DNA of 56,178 bases from Gemmatimonadota bacterium. Its GTDB lineage: Bacteria > 4572-55 > J002. Location of the stretch: contig RFFQ01000160.1 in assembly GCA_003697105.1 (NCBI GenBank), positions 1 through 56,178 on the forward strand. Direction: 5' to 3'. Below the pieces are notes generated by a model. It ran no database searches. It was not told the origin of the DNA and was given only the letters and a program-made list of their open reading frames with translations. The position numbers and the translations under genes are program-made. Below are positions 30,302-40,455 of this stretch, piece by piece (position 1 is the stretch's first letter; each line of letters begins with the position of its first letter).

Positions 30302-30324
30302 TGTTATTCCATTGTATCTGTCAA
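30296..30324 (-). promoter_or_regulatory. sigma70-type promoter of the right glucan operon
   Basis: Minus strand TTGACA(30324-30319)-17bp-TACTTT(30301-30296), overlapping the operator. Confidence 0.7.
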
Positions 30325-30355
30325 GTAAAAAAATACCACCAATCTCAAAAAAGCA

Positions 30356-30384
30356 TTGACGGAGACTAACGAATCCAATAGATT
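30356..30384 (+). promoter_or_regulatory. sigma70-type promoter for the MFS gene
   Basis: TTGACG-17bp-TAGATT. Confidence 0.45.
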
Positions 30385-30435
30385 CTGGGCTTCATTTCCG
30401 TTTTTCCAGAACGTACCACACAGGCAGGTTAGTCC

Positions 30436-31635
30436 ATGTCAGGCAAAACAGGCAGTAATCGCACCCAATTGGTGATCATCTTTTTGACAATTTTTATCGA
30501 TCTACTGGGATTTGGGATTATCATTCCGGTTTTTCCGATTTATGTGCAAGGGTTTGTTACGGGTACGCAGGATATTGGAAAGATCGTGGCGTTGATGGTC
30601 ACCGCGTATGCCTTAATGCAATTTATTTTTTCCCCAATTTGGGGACGGTTATCGGATCGGATTGGTCGGCGCCCGGTTATTTTGGGGAGTCTTTGCGCCA
30701 CGGGTATCACGCACCTGCTGTTTGCCCTTGCTCCCAATTTAGGATTGTTATTTGTAGCTCGGATTTTAACCGGTATTGCCGCCGCGACGATTCCCACGGC
30801 GATGGCATTTATTTCGGATATCACCAGTGAGAAAGATCGTGCCAAAGGGATGGGATTAATTGGGGCGGCGTTTGGACTGGGGTTAATTTTAGGACCGGCA
30901 ATGGGGGGCATCCTTAGCCATTTGGGGGGGATGAAGGTCGCTTTGCTCTCCACAGCGCTGTTTTCATTTTCCGCGTTTTTGCTGGCATTCTTCAAATTGA
31001 TTGAAAGTGTTGATGTTGCCGGAGCTTCAGAACGGGATTACCGGCGGTACAACATTTGGTATGTGTTAAAGACCGTCGCTCACCCGCGATTGGGCTTGCT
31101 GTTTATCATCTTTTTACTCGTTTCGATTTCCTTCGCTAATTTTACCACAATTTTCGTGCTCTTCACGGAACGGCGTTTTGGTTACTCTCCTACGGAAAAT
31201 GGATATTTACTGGCATTGATGGGAGTGGTCAGCGCCTCCATCCAAGGGCGGTGGATTGGTCCCATCACGGAAAAATTTGGGGAAAAAAAGTTGATCACCT
31301 TTGCCACCCTATTGCTATCCAGTGCGTTTTTGATCAGCCGCTATTTGCTTATGCCCGCGTTTCTCCTAGTGATTGTGATGATTGGCACTGGAATTGCCTT
31401 GCACAATACATCGATAATCAGTTTAATTTCTAAAAATGCGGGCGCAGATGAGCAGGGTGGCATTTTGGGGATTCACCAATCATTTTCCGCACTGGGAAGA
31501 ATGATTGGACCTATTTGGGGTGGTTATTTTTTCGATAATTTTGGAATTTTTTCACCCTTGACCAGCGCCGCGGTTGTGATTCTTGTCAGTTGCGGTTTGT
31601 CATTGGCTTTGTACCGCAAAGATATACTTTCATAA
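30436..31635 (+). CDS. MFS efflux transporter, TetA-like/DHA1 family
   Basis: IDLLGFGIIIPVFP, motif A GRLSDRIGRRPV and motif C GAAFGLGLILGPAMGG. Confidence 0.9.
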   Translation: MSGKTGSNRTQLVIIFLTIFIDLLGFGIIIPVFPIYVQGFVTGTQDIGKIVALMVTAYALMQFIFSPIWGRLSDRIGRRPVILGSLCATGITHLLFALAPNLGLLFVARILTGIAAATIPTAMAFISDITSEKDRAKGMGLIGAAFGLGLILGPAMGGILSHLGGMKVALLSTALFSFSAFLLAFFKLIESVDVAGASERDYRRYNIWYVLKTVAHPRLGLLFIIFLLVSISFANFTTIFVLFTERRFGYSPTENGYLLALMGVVSASIQGRWIGPITEKFGEKKLITFATLLLSSAFLISRYLLMPAFLLVIVMIGTGIALHNTSIISLISKNAGADEQGGILGIHQSFSALGRMIGPIWGGYFFDNFGIFSPLTSAAVVILVSCGLSLALYRKDILS

Positions 31636-31659
31636 TAGTCGGAATAGTGGGGGTTTGCT

Positions 31660-32871
31660 ATGGATGAACGGGAAAAATTTCAAGAGATAATCCGGTTGGG
31701 CGCGGAAATCAACCAATTAAAAGATGTGGACATTTTACTGGAGCGCATTCTGACCGAGACCCGGCGATTGGTCAATGCAGACGCTGGCTCCGTCTATCTG
31801 CGCAAAGGGAATGATCTGGAATTTAGCATCACCCAAAATGATACCCAACAGGCACAGCTTCCCCCCGACAAAAAGTTAATCTACGATATTTTTACCATTC
31901 CGATCAACAACGCGAGTATTGCGGGTTATGTGGCAAATACGGGCGAATCCCTAAATATTCCCGATGTTTACAAACTATCGGAGGATTATCCATTTCGTTT
32001 CAATCCGGGGATTGACAAAGCCTCGAATTACCGGACGCAATCGATGTTGACCGTACCAATGAAGACCCACCGCGGGGATGTGGTGGGGGTATTGCAATTG
32101 ATCAATGCCCAAAAGCGTAGCGGTAAGATTATCGCCTTTGCCAAAACCGATGTTCCCTTAATTGAAGCCATTGCCAACAGTGCCGCCGCCGCATTGGAAC
32201 ATGCGCAAATGACCCGCGACATCATCTTGCGCATGGTCAAAATGGTGGAATTGAACGACCCGCGCGAAACCGGCGGTCATGCCAACCGCGTCGGCGCCTT
32301 TTCCGCGGAATTGTACGAAGCGTGGGCACGAAAAAAAGGTATTCCCCGAGAGGAAATTGAACATAACCGCGACCGCTTACGCACGGCGGCAATGCTCCAC
32401 GATATTGGGAAAATCGGAATTTCCGACCTGATTCTGAAGAAGAACAGCCCGCTGACAGAGAATGAAAAATTGAATTTCCAGCAACATACCTTGATCGGAG
32501 CCCGACTGTTTGGAGACGCTTTGACGCCCTTCGATCAAGCCGCACAGGAAGTCGCGTTAAACCACCATGAACGCTGGGACGGGCAAGGTTATCCGGGGCA
32601 CATCCACCCCGTGACCGGCTATCCGGTATATGGCTTTATCAATGAAGATGGTAGCGCAAAACCCAAGAAAGGTGAGGAAATCCCCATTTTCGGACGTGTG
32701 GTGGCAATCGCCGATACCTACGATACCCTCTATCGAATGCAAAAATCAGATGAGGAGATTTTAGACGTCATTAAATCACAAGCAAATAGGCGTTTTGATC
32801 CCGAATTGGTTGAAATTTTTGTCACCATCCATGACGTGATCAAGTCGATTCGTAAACGATATAAAGATTAG
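31660..32871 (+). CDS. GAF + HD-GYP domain protein (c-di-GMP phosphodiesterase-like)
   Basis: GAF motifs (SIAGYVA, YRTQSMLTVPM, GVLQLIN); ETGGHANRV, LHDIGK, HHERWDGQGYP and IADTYD. Confidence 0.88.
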   Translation: MDEREKFQEIIRLGAEINQLKDVDILLERILTETRRLVNADAGSVYLRKGNDLEFSITQNDTQQAQLPPDKKLIYDIFTIPINNASIAGYVANTGESLNIPDVYKLSEDYPFRFNPGIDKASNYRTQSMLTVPMKTHRGDVVGVLQLINAQKRSGKIIAFAKTDVPLIEAIANSAAAALEHAQMTRDIILRMVKMVELNDPRETGGHANRVGAFSAELYEAWARKKGIPREEIEHNRDRLRTAAMLHDIGKIGISDLILKKNSPLTENEKLNFQQHTLIGARLFGDALTPFDQAAQEVALNHHERWDGQGYPGHIHPVTGYPVYGFINEDGSAKPKKGEEIPIFGRVVAIADTYDTLYRMQKSDEEILDVIKSQANRRFDPELVEIFVTIHDVIKSIRKRYKD

Positions 32872-32975
32872 TTCCGGGGCAACCACCAAAACACATCTGC
32901 TTTCCTCAAACCGTTCAATTGATGCCGCCTATCCCGCGATGCGCGGCATTTTTCATTTTCCGAAGGATGTATCAG

Positions 32976-33728
32976 ATGAAACTCAAAACGATCTTTTTTG
33001 ATGTGGGCGATGTGCTGTTCAATGAGGATCGCCTTCGCTTCCGAATTTTGCAGTCCTTAGTAAAAGCACTGCAAGCACAAGGTCAGGAATGGACCTTGTC
33101 AAAATTAATCCGGGTGCGCGAACGCCGGGCTCGTTACAATGACGAATCATTTTTTCACTATGATTTTGCTCAAGAATTGCTCGGTGAAGAGGCCTTTCAC
33201 GCATGGTTTACGGGCGAACGGTATATCCTGACCCATAAAGAGCGGTATATACACGAAATCCTGATGCCGGGCATGAAAGAGCTGTTGGAAAGATTACATT
33301 GCCGGTACAAATTGGGCATTATTGCCAACCAACCTGTGGAAACGGAAGATGCCTTGGAATACTATGGCATATTGAAGTATTTTGACCCCCAATTGATCGG
33401 GATCAGTGACAAAGTGGGTCTGGCAAAACCGGAGGTGACCTTTTTTGAGTGGGGCTTGAAAAACGCCGGTTGCAAACCGGATGAAGCAGCGATGATTGGC
33501 GACCGGCTGGAAGCTGATATTGCCCCCGCCAATAGGGTTGGCATGACGTCGATTTGGTTCATCCCAGAAGTAGCGGATAAAGGATGGGTGGCACAGGATG
33601 CCGAAGAAGAACAATATTTACAAGTCATCTCCCACCTGCCGAACTGGCGACGAACCCCGATCCGGCAGATGGAGCACCCAGATGTGGTTGTCAAAAGTAG
33701 CCACGAAATAAGCGACTATTTGGCATAA
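32976..33728 (+). CDS. HAD-superfamily hydrolase (subfamily IA)
   Basis: FFDVGDV (motif I), IIAN, KP and MIGDRLEADI; ATG 32976 after AAGGA. Confidence 0.85.
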   Translation: MKLKTIFFDVGDVLFNEDRLRFRILQSLVKALQAQGQEWTLSKLIRVRERRARYNDESFFHYDFAQELLGEEAFHAWFTGERYILTHKERYIHEILMPGMKELLERLHCRYKLGIIANQPVETEDALEYYGILKYFDPQLIGISDKVGLAKPEVTFFEWGLKNAGCKPDEAAMIGDRLEADIAPANRVGMTSIWFIPEVADKGWVAQDAEEEQYLQVISHLPNWRRTPIRQMEHPDVVVKSSHEISDYLA

Positions 33729-33892
33729 GATACGGTCGCCATTTCCAAATGTCCCGTTTTAGTGGAGTGTGCGGGTAACTCGTGCAGACTTAATTTAGAA
33801 AAAGTGGACTCATGTACCCATATTGGCTTGGTAGTTGGTAGCGGATTTTTTCTGCTTACTTGCGTTGATGCCTCCTAGAACCGGACGGTTGG

Positions 33893-34618
33893 TCAGAGCA
33901 TCTCCACCAGTTCCGTAATAGATTCCACTTCAGCATCTGCCACACTATCCGGTCGAGCCTGTGTCGCCGGACGTACCCAAACGGTTTTCCAGCCACATTG
34001 ATGTGCCCCCTGAATATCCGAGGTATAAGAATCCCCCACAAACAATAAATGATCCGGCGGTTGTTCCACCTGATGGGCGGCGGTATCAAAAATACCCCGG
34101 TGGGGCTTCATTACACCGATTTCATCCGAGATCAGAATCACCTGAAAATATGGCTTGAGGTCAAATTGATTGATTTTTTGATGCTGAACATCGGCGAATC
34201 CATTCGTGATCAAACCAAGTGGATACTGAGATCGCAGGTATTCTAATACTTCGGGAACCCCTTCATACAAACGCCAATAGCGGCCGTAAATTCCGAGATA
34301 TTTTTCGCCAAGGGTACGTGCTAAATCCGGCGGTAAACCAAAATGCGCCAGCAGGTTGGCAAACCGTTGGTAGCGGACATATTCGCGGGTTACGGTGCCT
34401 TGTTCCAACTGTTTCCACAACAGGTCATTGTAGTGATTATACACTCGAAACAATTCATCAAATGGAATATGCCCGAACACCGCCTGATATTGCTGGTACA
34501 ATTCCCGTTTTGCCATTTTAGAGGCATAAGTATGGTCCAGAAGGGTATTATCCAAATCGAAAAAAATCGCCGTGATAGAATCCAACCGGTTACACCCGAG
34601 GTTCGCCATCAATGCCAT
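33893..34618 (-). CDS. YjjG-like HAD nucleotidase
   Basis: FFDLDNTLLD, LITNG, KP and FVGDSYTSDIQGA. Confidence 0.85.
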   Translation of the reverse strand: MALMANLGCNRLDSITAIFFDLDNTLLDHTYASKMAKRELYQQYQAVFGHIPFDELFRVYNHYNDLLWKQLEQGTVTREYVRYQRFANLLAHFGLPPDLARTLGEKYLGIYGRYWRLYEGVPEVLEYLRSQYPLGLITNGFADVQHQKINQFDLKPYFQVILISDEIGVMKPHRGIFDTAAHQVEQPPDHLLFVGDSYTSDIQGAHQCGWKTVWVRPATQARPDSVADAEVESITELVEML

Positions 34619-36134
34619 ACTCCTCTAATTTCTTATAAAGGGTTTTTCGCCCGATGCCCAATACTTTTGCCGCCTGTGATTTATTATAATCGACCTTCTT
34701 GAGGGTAGCTTCAATCAGTTTTTTTTCCATATCTTCCAGTGAGTGTCCCACTTCCACCGTGACCTGATTGTCATTTTGTTCGAGTTGCGGCGCAGAGGGA
34801 AGAAATTGTCCCAGATAGGATTGCAAATAAGCAGACATATATTCATGCAAGCCACGCAAGATCATCGTACTGGCATCCTGCAACTGCCGGTTGGTATCCA
34901 ACGGAAACGGATAGCCCGCGGTTTCTTGGCGCCGGGCGCCTTGCCGTACATGATATGGTACATCTTCCAGTTGCAATAATGATCCGCGAGAAAGGACAAC
35001 CATCCCTTCAATACAATTACGCAGTTCCCGGATATTACCGGGCCAATGATACTGGTAAAAACAGGTCATCACATCATTGGTGACCCCCTCAACCTCTTTT
35101 TGATGTTGGGCGGCGAATTCATGGATAAAGTGATCCACTAACAGGGGCAAATCCTCGATTCGCTCGCGCAACGGTGGCAGTTCCAGATGGACAACATTGA
35201 GACGATAAAACAGGTCTTCGCGGTAGCGTCCTTTTTGGACTTCTCCCCACAAGTCCCGATTGGTAGCGGTAATAAGGCGCACATCAGAGGAGACTGTTCG
35301 CATTCCGCCGACGCGTTCAAATTCGCCAGTTTCCAGCACCCGCAACAGTTTTACTTGTACTGCCGGTGAGATTTCCCCCACTTCATCCAAAAAGAGTGTA
35401 CCCGCATCCGCCAATTCAAACCGCCCTTGGCGGCGCGTAACGGCGCCGGTAAATGCGCCTTTTTCATGCCCGAAAAGCTCACTTTCCACCACACCTTCTG
35501 CCAATGCGCCACAATTCAAGCGGATGAAGGGCTGGTCCCGGCGGGGGCTATTATAGTGAATCGCATGCGCCACCAATTCTTTGCCGGTGCCGCTTTCTCC
35601 AGTGATCAAGACGGTTGCTTTGCTATCCGCCACTTGAGCGATTTTTTCAAAGATTTGTACCATTTTACTGGAGTTGCCGATGATATTGGATAAGCCGTAT
35701 TTGGAATCCAACTGGCGGTGCAGTTGGAGGTTTTCCATCTCAACGGCTTGATTTTCTACAACTTTATCAACAATTGCAATGAGTTTATCAATATTAACCG
35801 GTTTTTGTAAAAAGTCAAAAGCGCCGGCTCGCATACAGCGCACGGCGGATTCAACATCACCATAATCGGTAATAAAAATCACACCGATGCGCCGGTCTTT
35901 TGCCCGGGCGACTTCCAACACGCGCGTCCCCGAGACGGGTTTCATCACCAGCGCCGTGATAACGACATCCACTTGACCGGTATCCAATACATTCAGTCCG
36001 TAAGTGCCATCCCCGCTACTCAACACATTGTAACCGGATTCCTGCAACCGGTAGGCAATCCGGTCTCGGTCTGCCGCATTGGGTTCCAGCACTAAAATAG
36101 TTTTTTCATGACGCGGAATCTGTGGATTTTCCAT
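34590..36134 (-). CDS. sigma54-dependent activator (NtrC/AtoC-like) with a degenerate receiver domain
   Basis: GESGTGKE, intact [29 protein letters not shown] and a Fis-type HTH. The receiver reads VLEPN and VITAL where VVDD and ITDL are expected. Confidence 0.92.
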   Translation of the reverse strand: MENPQIPRHEKTILVLEPNAADRDRIAYRLQESGYNVLSSGDGTYGLNVLDTGQVDVVITALVMKPVSGTRVLEVARAKDRRIGVIFITDYGDVESAVRCMRAGAFDFLQKPVNIDKLIAIVDKVVENQAVEMENLQLHRQLDSKYGLSNIIGNSSKMVQIFEKIAQVADSKATVLITGESGTGKELVAHAIHYNSPRRDQPFIRLNCGALAEGVVESELFGHEKGAFTGAVTRRQGRFELADAGTLFLDEVGEISPAVQVKLLRVLETGEFERVGGMRTVSSDVRLITATNRDLWGEVQKGRYREDLFYRLNVVHLELPPLRERIEDLPLLVDHFIHEFAAQHQKEVEGVTNDVMTCFYQYHWPGNIRELRNCIEGMVVLSRGSLLQLEDVPYHVRQGARRQETAGYPFPLDTNRQLQDASTMILRGLHEYMSAYLQSYLGQFLPSAPQLEQNDNQVTVEVGHSLEDMEKKLIEATLKKVDYNKSQAAKVLGIGRKTLYKKLEEYGIDGEPRV

Positions 36135-37335
36135 TGAGACACATCTCTAACAATTCATCAAGGCGATAGCGTTTCCGCTCGATAGCTTCCAATTGGTCCG
36201 CGATGGCGGTAAGATCACGAGTCACGATATCCTCGAAACCCATAAACGAGGTTAACCGTAGGGTATTTTCGGCAGTGCGGGTTGCATGGTGGCGGGTTTG
36301 GTGGGTCAGTTCGCTGAGGGAGCGGGAGTAGGTTTGGGGGGCATCCGGGCTGCTGGTCATTGTGGTGGTAGCTTGCTCGTAGCATCCCTTAAACGCCTGG
36401 GTCATATCTTGTAATGCTTGGTTCGCTTGTTTTGCCTCTTCAGCATAGGCATCAATAACGGTTACGAGGCTTTCCATTTCATCAATAATTTTAGCAACAG
36501 ATTTATACATTTTGACCACCACATCATTCACTTGTTGAACAGTCCGGGAGGATTCATTCGCAAGTTCTCGCACCTCTTCGGCAACGACGGCAAAGCTTTT
36601 ACCATATTCACCGGCACGAGCGGCCTCGATAGTCGCATTCAATGCCAATAAATCGGTTTGATCGGCAAGTTTCACCAAACTATCAACAACCGTTTCCACA
36701 TCTTCCGTGCTGGTTTTCAGTTGGATAACCGCCTGCATCCCGCGCTGGTTCAAGGTTTGGACACTAAAAAGATGATCAATGGAAGTTCGCACCCGAAGTT
36801 CATTGGCGGAAACCACATTTTGGACATTGCGCACCTGCTGGCGTAGCTGTTGGAACTCGCGAATCACGTCTGACGCGTGTTCCGAGGCGCTTTGAATCAA
36901 TTCACCAATCTGCAAGGTCTGTTCCGCGTATTTTTCCACATCTTCGGTAATGCTGTTCACCGCTTCGGCGGTATCCGGTAGGATATCCAACGCTTGATTG
37001 TGTAGCTTAAAAAGCGTGTCGGATGCCTTTTGGATATAGTCTCCTTCTTCCCGTAAATGCTGTTGCATCAGTTCAAAAATTTCATGCAATTCCGCCAAAG
37101 TGATTTCGGTCTGTTGCCGTTGTTCTTGCCGGATGGAGTGCGTCAACTGTTGCTCCAACCTGACAGCTACCCAGAGCAGCGGCACGATAAGCAATAAAAT
37201 GAGCCACCACAACCCCCAGAGGCTCAAAATTGCGGACACCCCAACCGGAAGTGAGCCAAAAAGGATCAGTATGAATAACGGTTTGGTCTCAAAAAAACGG
37301 GCAAACCAGCGGCGCATATTCATTTGCAATACCAC
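36106..37335 (-). CDS. Methyl-accepting chemotaxis (MCP)-signalling-domain membrane protein
   Basis: Two adjacent N-terminal TM helices, long heptads and the MCP hairpin tip [37 protein letters not shown]. Confidence 0.85.
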   Translation of the reverse strand: MVLQMNMRRWFARFFETKPLFILILFGSLPVGVSAILSLWGLWWLILLLIVPLLWVAVRLEQQLTHSIRQEQRQQTEITLAELHEIFELMQQHLREEGDYIQKASDTLFKLHNQALDILPDTAEAVNSITEDVEKYAEQTLQIGELIQSASEHASDVIREFQQLRQQVRNVQNVVSANELRVRTSIDHLFSVQTLNQRGMQAVIQLKTSTEDVETVVDSLVKLADQTDLLALNATIEAARAGEYGKSFAVVAEEVRELANESSRTVQQVNDVVVKMYKSVAKIIDEMESLVTVIDAYAEEAKQANQALQDMTQAFKGCYEQATTTMTSSPDAPQTYSRSLSELTHQTRHHATRTAENTLRLTSFMGFEDIVTRDLTAIADQLEAIERKRYRLDELLEMCLNGKSTDSAS

Positions 37336-37373
37336 CCTACCTAAAGTCAGGAAATAGCCGTAATATTATCAAC

Positions 37374-37402
37374 ATCTTATCAGTTTGGGAAACCCGTGTC
37401 AA
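37374..37402 (-). promoter_or_regulatory. sigma70-type promoter of the MCP-activator-HAD operon
   Basis: Minus strand TTGACA-17bp-TAAGAT with an extended TG. Confidence 0.65.
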
Positions 37403-37496
37403 CGGAAAAATGAATGGAGAGATACCAACGGAATCGATTATAATAAGTATATTATGATAGAAGTATTAAATAGTTATGAAGATACTCAAGGGGTTT

Positions 37497-39068
37497 TCAC
37501 GAATGCGGTGATGGAGACGCCTCCTGATGAATAAGCGGGCAAACATCCGGTTTTAAGCGATAAACAGCGGCTTTGCGTGTGCCGATCCGTTCCAAAATAC
37601 CGGCTTGGCACAAAATACGTAGGTGGGCAGTTGCCGTTGACCACGCGACCCCCGTATAGGTAAAATGGACATTTTTAAACCATTCCCCTTGGACAATGGA
37701 GAGCATCCGGGCAACCGCATGAGGCTTAATGCGCCCTTTTTTTGAATGAATATGCTGTAACTTGGCTAATAACTGCCGGTATAGATGATCCGCATACAAT
37801 ACCGGCGTGACGTTTAACCGTTCCGCATGGTATGGCGTGGATTGGTAGGAAATGGGGTGAGAAGATTGTGTAGCCACAGCTATCTGATCCGCTAAGAGCG
37901 CACTTTGCTGAATCAGTGCTTCCCGATCAGCATGATCTTGTTCTGTCTGTAAGTGATTCGGAATCTTTTCCAGTGTGCGTATCGCTTGATGCACCAATTG
38001 CAAAGCTCGAATATAGTGCCCTTGGTCTTGATCGATACGAGCCCGGGTTTGTAAAAATTGGGCGCTCAAACGAAAATCATCCAATGTTGCACAAAGCTCC
38101 AACCCTTGTTCCACGACAGTATTTGCACGAATAAAAATCTTCTGGGCACGGGGTATATCACCGGTTTCCTGACATTGCAAGGCAAGCCGCCGTTCCATTT
38201 GGGCATACTTCAGAAAGCGCACCACCACTTGATGTTGACGGATCACAAACGGGCTTAAATTCAATGCTAACTGCAAGTACCGACGGGCATTATCGTACTG
38301 TTTTAAGCGTAAATAGCTTTCCGAAATATGGTTATATGCTCGTACTAGAGCATCTATATCGCGGAGTTGTGCCGCTTGAAACGCACATTGCTGGAACAGT
38401 TCAATCGCCTTTTCATAATCCTCCCGAAACCGTGCCAATAAACCATAATCATTTAAACAAGATAACTGGTGCTGTTCATCATCTAGTAGGGCATGATGTG
38501 CATCCTGCAGATATGCTTTGGACTCCGCATAGCGCCCAGTACGAGCGTAAACCGCGGCCAATCCCCGGTAAGATTCCGCGGTGAGTTTCGGTGAGGATGA
38601 CGGGGCCGAAGCTGTCTGAACGGCTTGTTGGAAAAAGCCCTCGGCAACAGGGAAGTGTCCCAAAAAAAAATGTGCCCACCCACACGCTATCGCGGCGCGG
38701 GCACGTAATGTTCGTGTATGCCCAGCCAAATTAATCGCTTGTACAAGTACGGGAATAGCCCGTTGGTAAGCCCCCAGTTTATTCCACAGTTGCCCGGTCA
38801 TATAACACGTAAGGGCTTCACCCACTGTGGTTTGCGCGATAACCCTTGCCCGCTGAATCCGTTGAAACGCGCACTCCCATTGGTGATTAATTTCGTACAG
38901 GCGGCTTTGCAAGAGCCAAACAATGAACGGATTTCCGACTCTTTGATCATAATCTGCGCCGAAGTCCACCTCATACGCCGAAACACTGGAAAGATCGTAA
39001 TATGGTTTTAATTGTTCATAAAATTGAATGATCGTATCACTTATAGATAAAAACGGGATTTCGAGCAT
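37497..39068 (-). CDS. TPR-repeat protein with a probable C-terminal winged HTH
   Basis: TPR-like units (SYRGLAAVYARTGRYAES, CLNDYGLLARFREDYEKA, AYNHISESYLRLKQYDNA); C-terminal WSTATAHLRILCQAGILERIGTRKAAVYRL. Confidence 0.7.
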   Translation of the reverse strand: MLEIPFLSISDTIIQFYEQLKPYYDLSSVSAYEVDFGADYDQRVGNPFIVWLLQSRLYEINHQWECAFQRIQRARVIAQTTVGEALTCYMTGQLWNKLGAYQRAIPVLVQAINLAGHTRTLRARAAIACGWAHFFLGHFPVAEGFFQQAVQTASAPSSSPKLTAESYRGLAAVYARTGRYAESKAYLQDAHHALLDDEQHQLSCLNDYGLLARFREDYEKAIELFQQCAFQAAQLRDIDALVRAYNHISESYLRLKQYDNARRYLQLALNLSPFVIRQHQVVVRFLKYAQMERRLALQCQETGDIPRAQKIFIRANTVVEQGLELCATLDDFRLSAQFLQTRARIDQDQGHYIRALQLVHQAIRTLEKIPNHLQTEQDHADREALIQQSALLADQIAVATQSSHPISYQSTPYHAERLNVTPVLYADHLYRQLLAKLQHIHSKKGRIKPHAVARMLSIVQGEWFKNVHFTYTGVAWSTATAHLRILCQAGILERIGTRKAAVYRLKPDVCPLIHQEASPSPHS

Positions 39069-39162
39069 CGGAGTATGCCCACATCACAAAAATGGTCAAA
39101 AATTAACCTCAAACTAACGTATAAAATGCCAAAAAAAGATAAACTTTATGTTAAAATTAGTA

Positions 39163-39190
39163 TTGACAATCTTATAATTCGATTTATACT
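39163..39190 (+). promoter_or_regulatory. sigma70-type promoter
   Basis: TTGACA-16bp-TATACT with an AT-rich upstream element. Confidence 0.55.
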
Positions 39191-39442
39191 AAGAAACTAA
39201 CCTCCTAACACTATTCCTTCTGGCAGGAATGGGTAGAAGCCCTCTTCGATGAGTGCCTTCAGGTCGGAGAGGGCAATCGCCACTGGGGAATATAAATTTA
39301 GAGTCGTTTCTTTGCGGATGTGAATAGCTTCGGTCGGGTTGGGGGGCGAACTTCCGGTAAGATAAACGCATGGATCGTGTGGAATATCGCGATACCTTAG
39401 TGGAAAAACCCCACAACTACAATTCTCGAATCGGTTAGAATA

Positions 39443-40356
39443 ATGCACTTTTCCCACCGCGGGCAAGTTATCTTTATTGGCTGTATTATCATGGGGTCAA
39501 TTTTAATAGCAAATGCCGATCCGGTGGATGAACTTGCCATCAGTGTAGAACATAATGGGATACTGGAAATCGCTGGCAGTTTGCAAATAGGAGCTGAAAT
39601 TCAGCCACAATCGATTCAATTTCCCCGAGAATATCTCTCCGGTGATATTATCATTCATCTAACGTACTATGGAAATAACCGCGCTTACCTAGATGCTATT
39701 TTTTGGAAAACCAACCCCCATCCCATATACCCAACCGTGATAATGAAGAGTATCTTCTAAAAAAAGTTCGCCAACCGGATCATGACCTCATGCTTCTAAC
39801 GCGGGATGTCCTCACATTTGCCTTTCCGCCCATAACGCCATCCAAGGAGATGGTCATCTATGCCCACACGATTCCCTCTACCGCTTCTCGACCTTGTTTT
39901 ATTTACCCCACCCAGAATCAATCACACCGCTTGGCGGAGTTCCACACTTACCAGTTAAATTCCAAACGCGGCACACTGGTTATCGATGGTGAATGGGATA
40001 CTATCGAATTGAACCGGTCTAGTTTTAGTGAATTTACACAACTCGGCGCCAGTTATCCCGAGGCACTGGTTTACGGCTGGATTCTGAATGATGATGCCTT
40101 TTTGTATCTTACCATAGATTTTTTACCCGATAATACACCGGAGCCATACAACCATTTAGGTGTTCTTTATATCCAATCCGGGTCAGAACTCCAGCGCTAC
40201 ATTGTTTCTCAAACAAACAAAACGTGGGGGTGTGTTGGCTTTACATACACTCCCCGAGCAAATTACCAGCATACTATTTATGAATTCAAGATACCGCTCG
40301 CAAATATTCACTCCCAAGATACGATTCAATTGATGGTTCATCTCTGCGATGGCTAA
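39443..40356 (+). pseudogene. Exported hypothetical protein split by a frameshift at a T6 run (or a sequencing error)
   Basis: ORF 39443..39760 (signal peptide ..LIANA-D) and ORF 39703..40356 overlap at T-run 39699-39704. Adding one T joins them (YLDAIF-LENQPP). Confidence 0.55.
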
Positions 40357-40455
40357 AATGGACTCACCGTACCTTTTAGTTGACAATATCATTAAATTGT
40401 ATTAAGTAGCGGATTTAGGGTTATTATTGCTTTCGTCAAGAGAAGGAAAAGGACA

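Noticed and set aside
30436-31635. Tetracycline resistance gene tetA
   Set aside because: Only family-level MFS motifs are present; no tetR or mobile-element context.
39112-39132. sigma54 promoter upstream of the TPR-wHTH gene (TTGGCATTTTATACGT on minus strand)
   Set aside because: The -12 position reads GT rather than the required GC.
40380-40408. sigma70 promoter for the 40456 gene
   Set aside because: TTGACA is present but there is no convincing -10 at 16-18 bp spacing.
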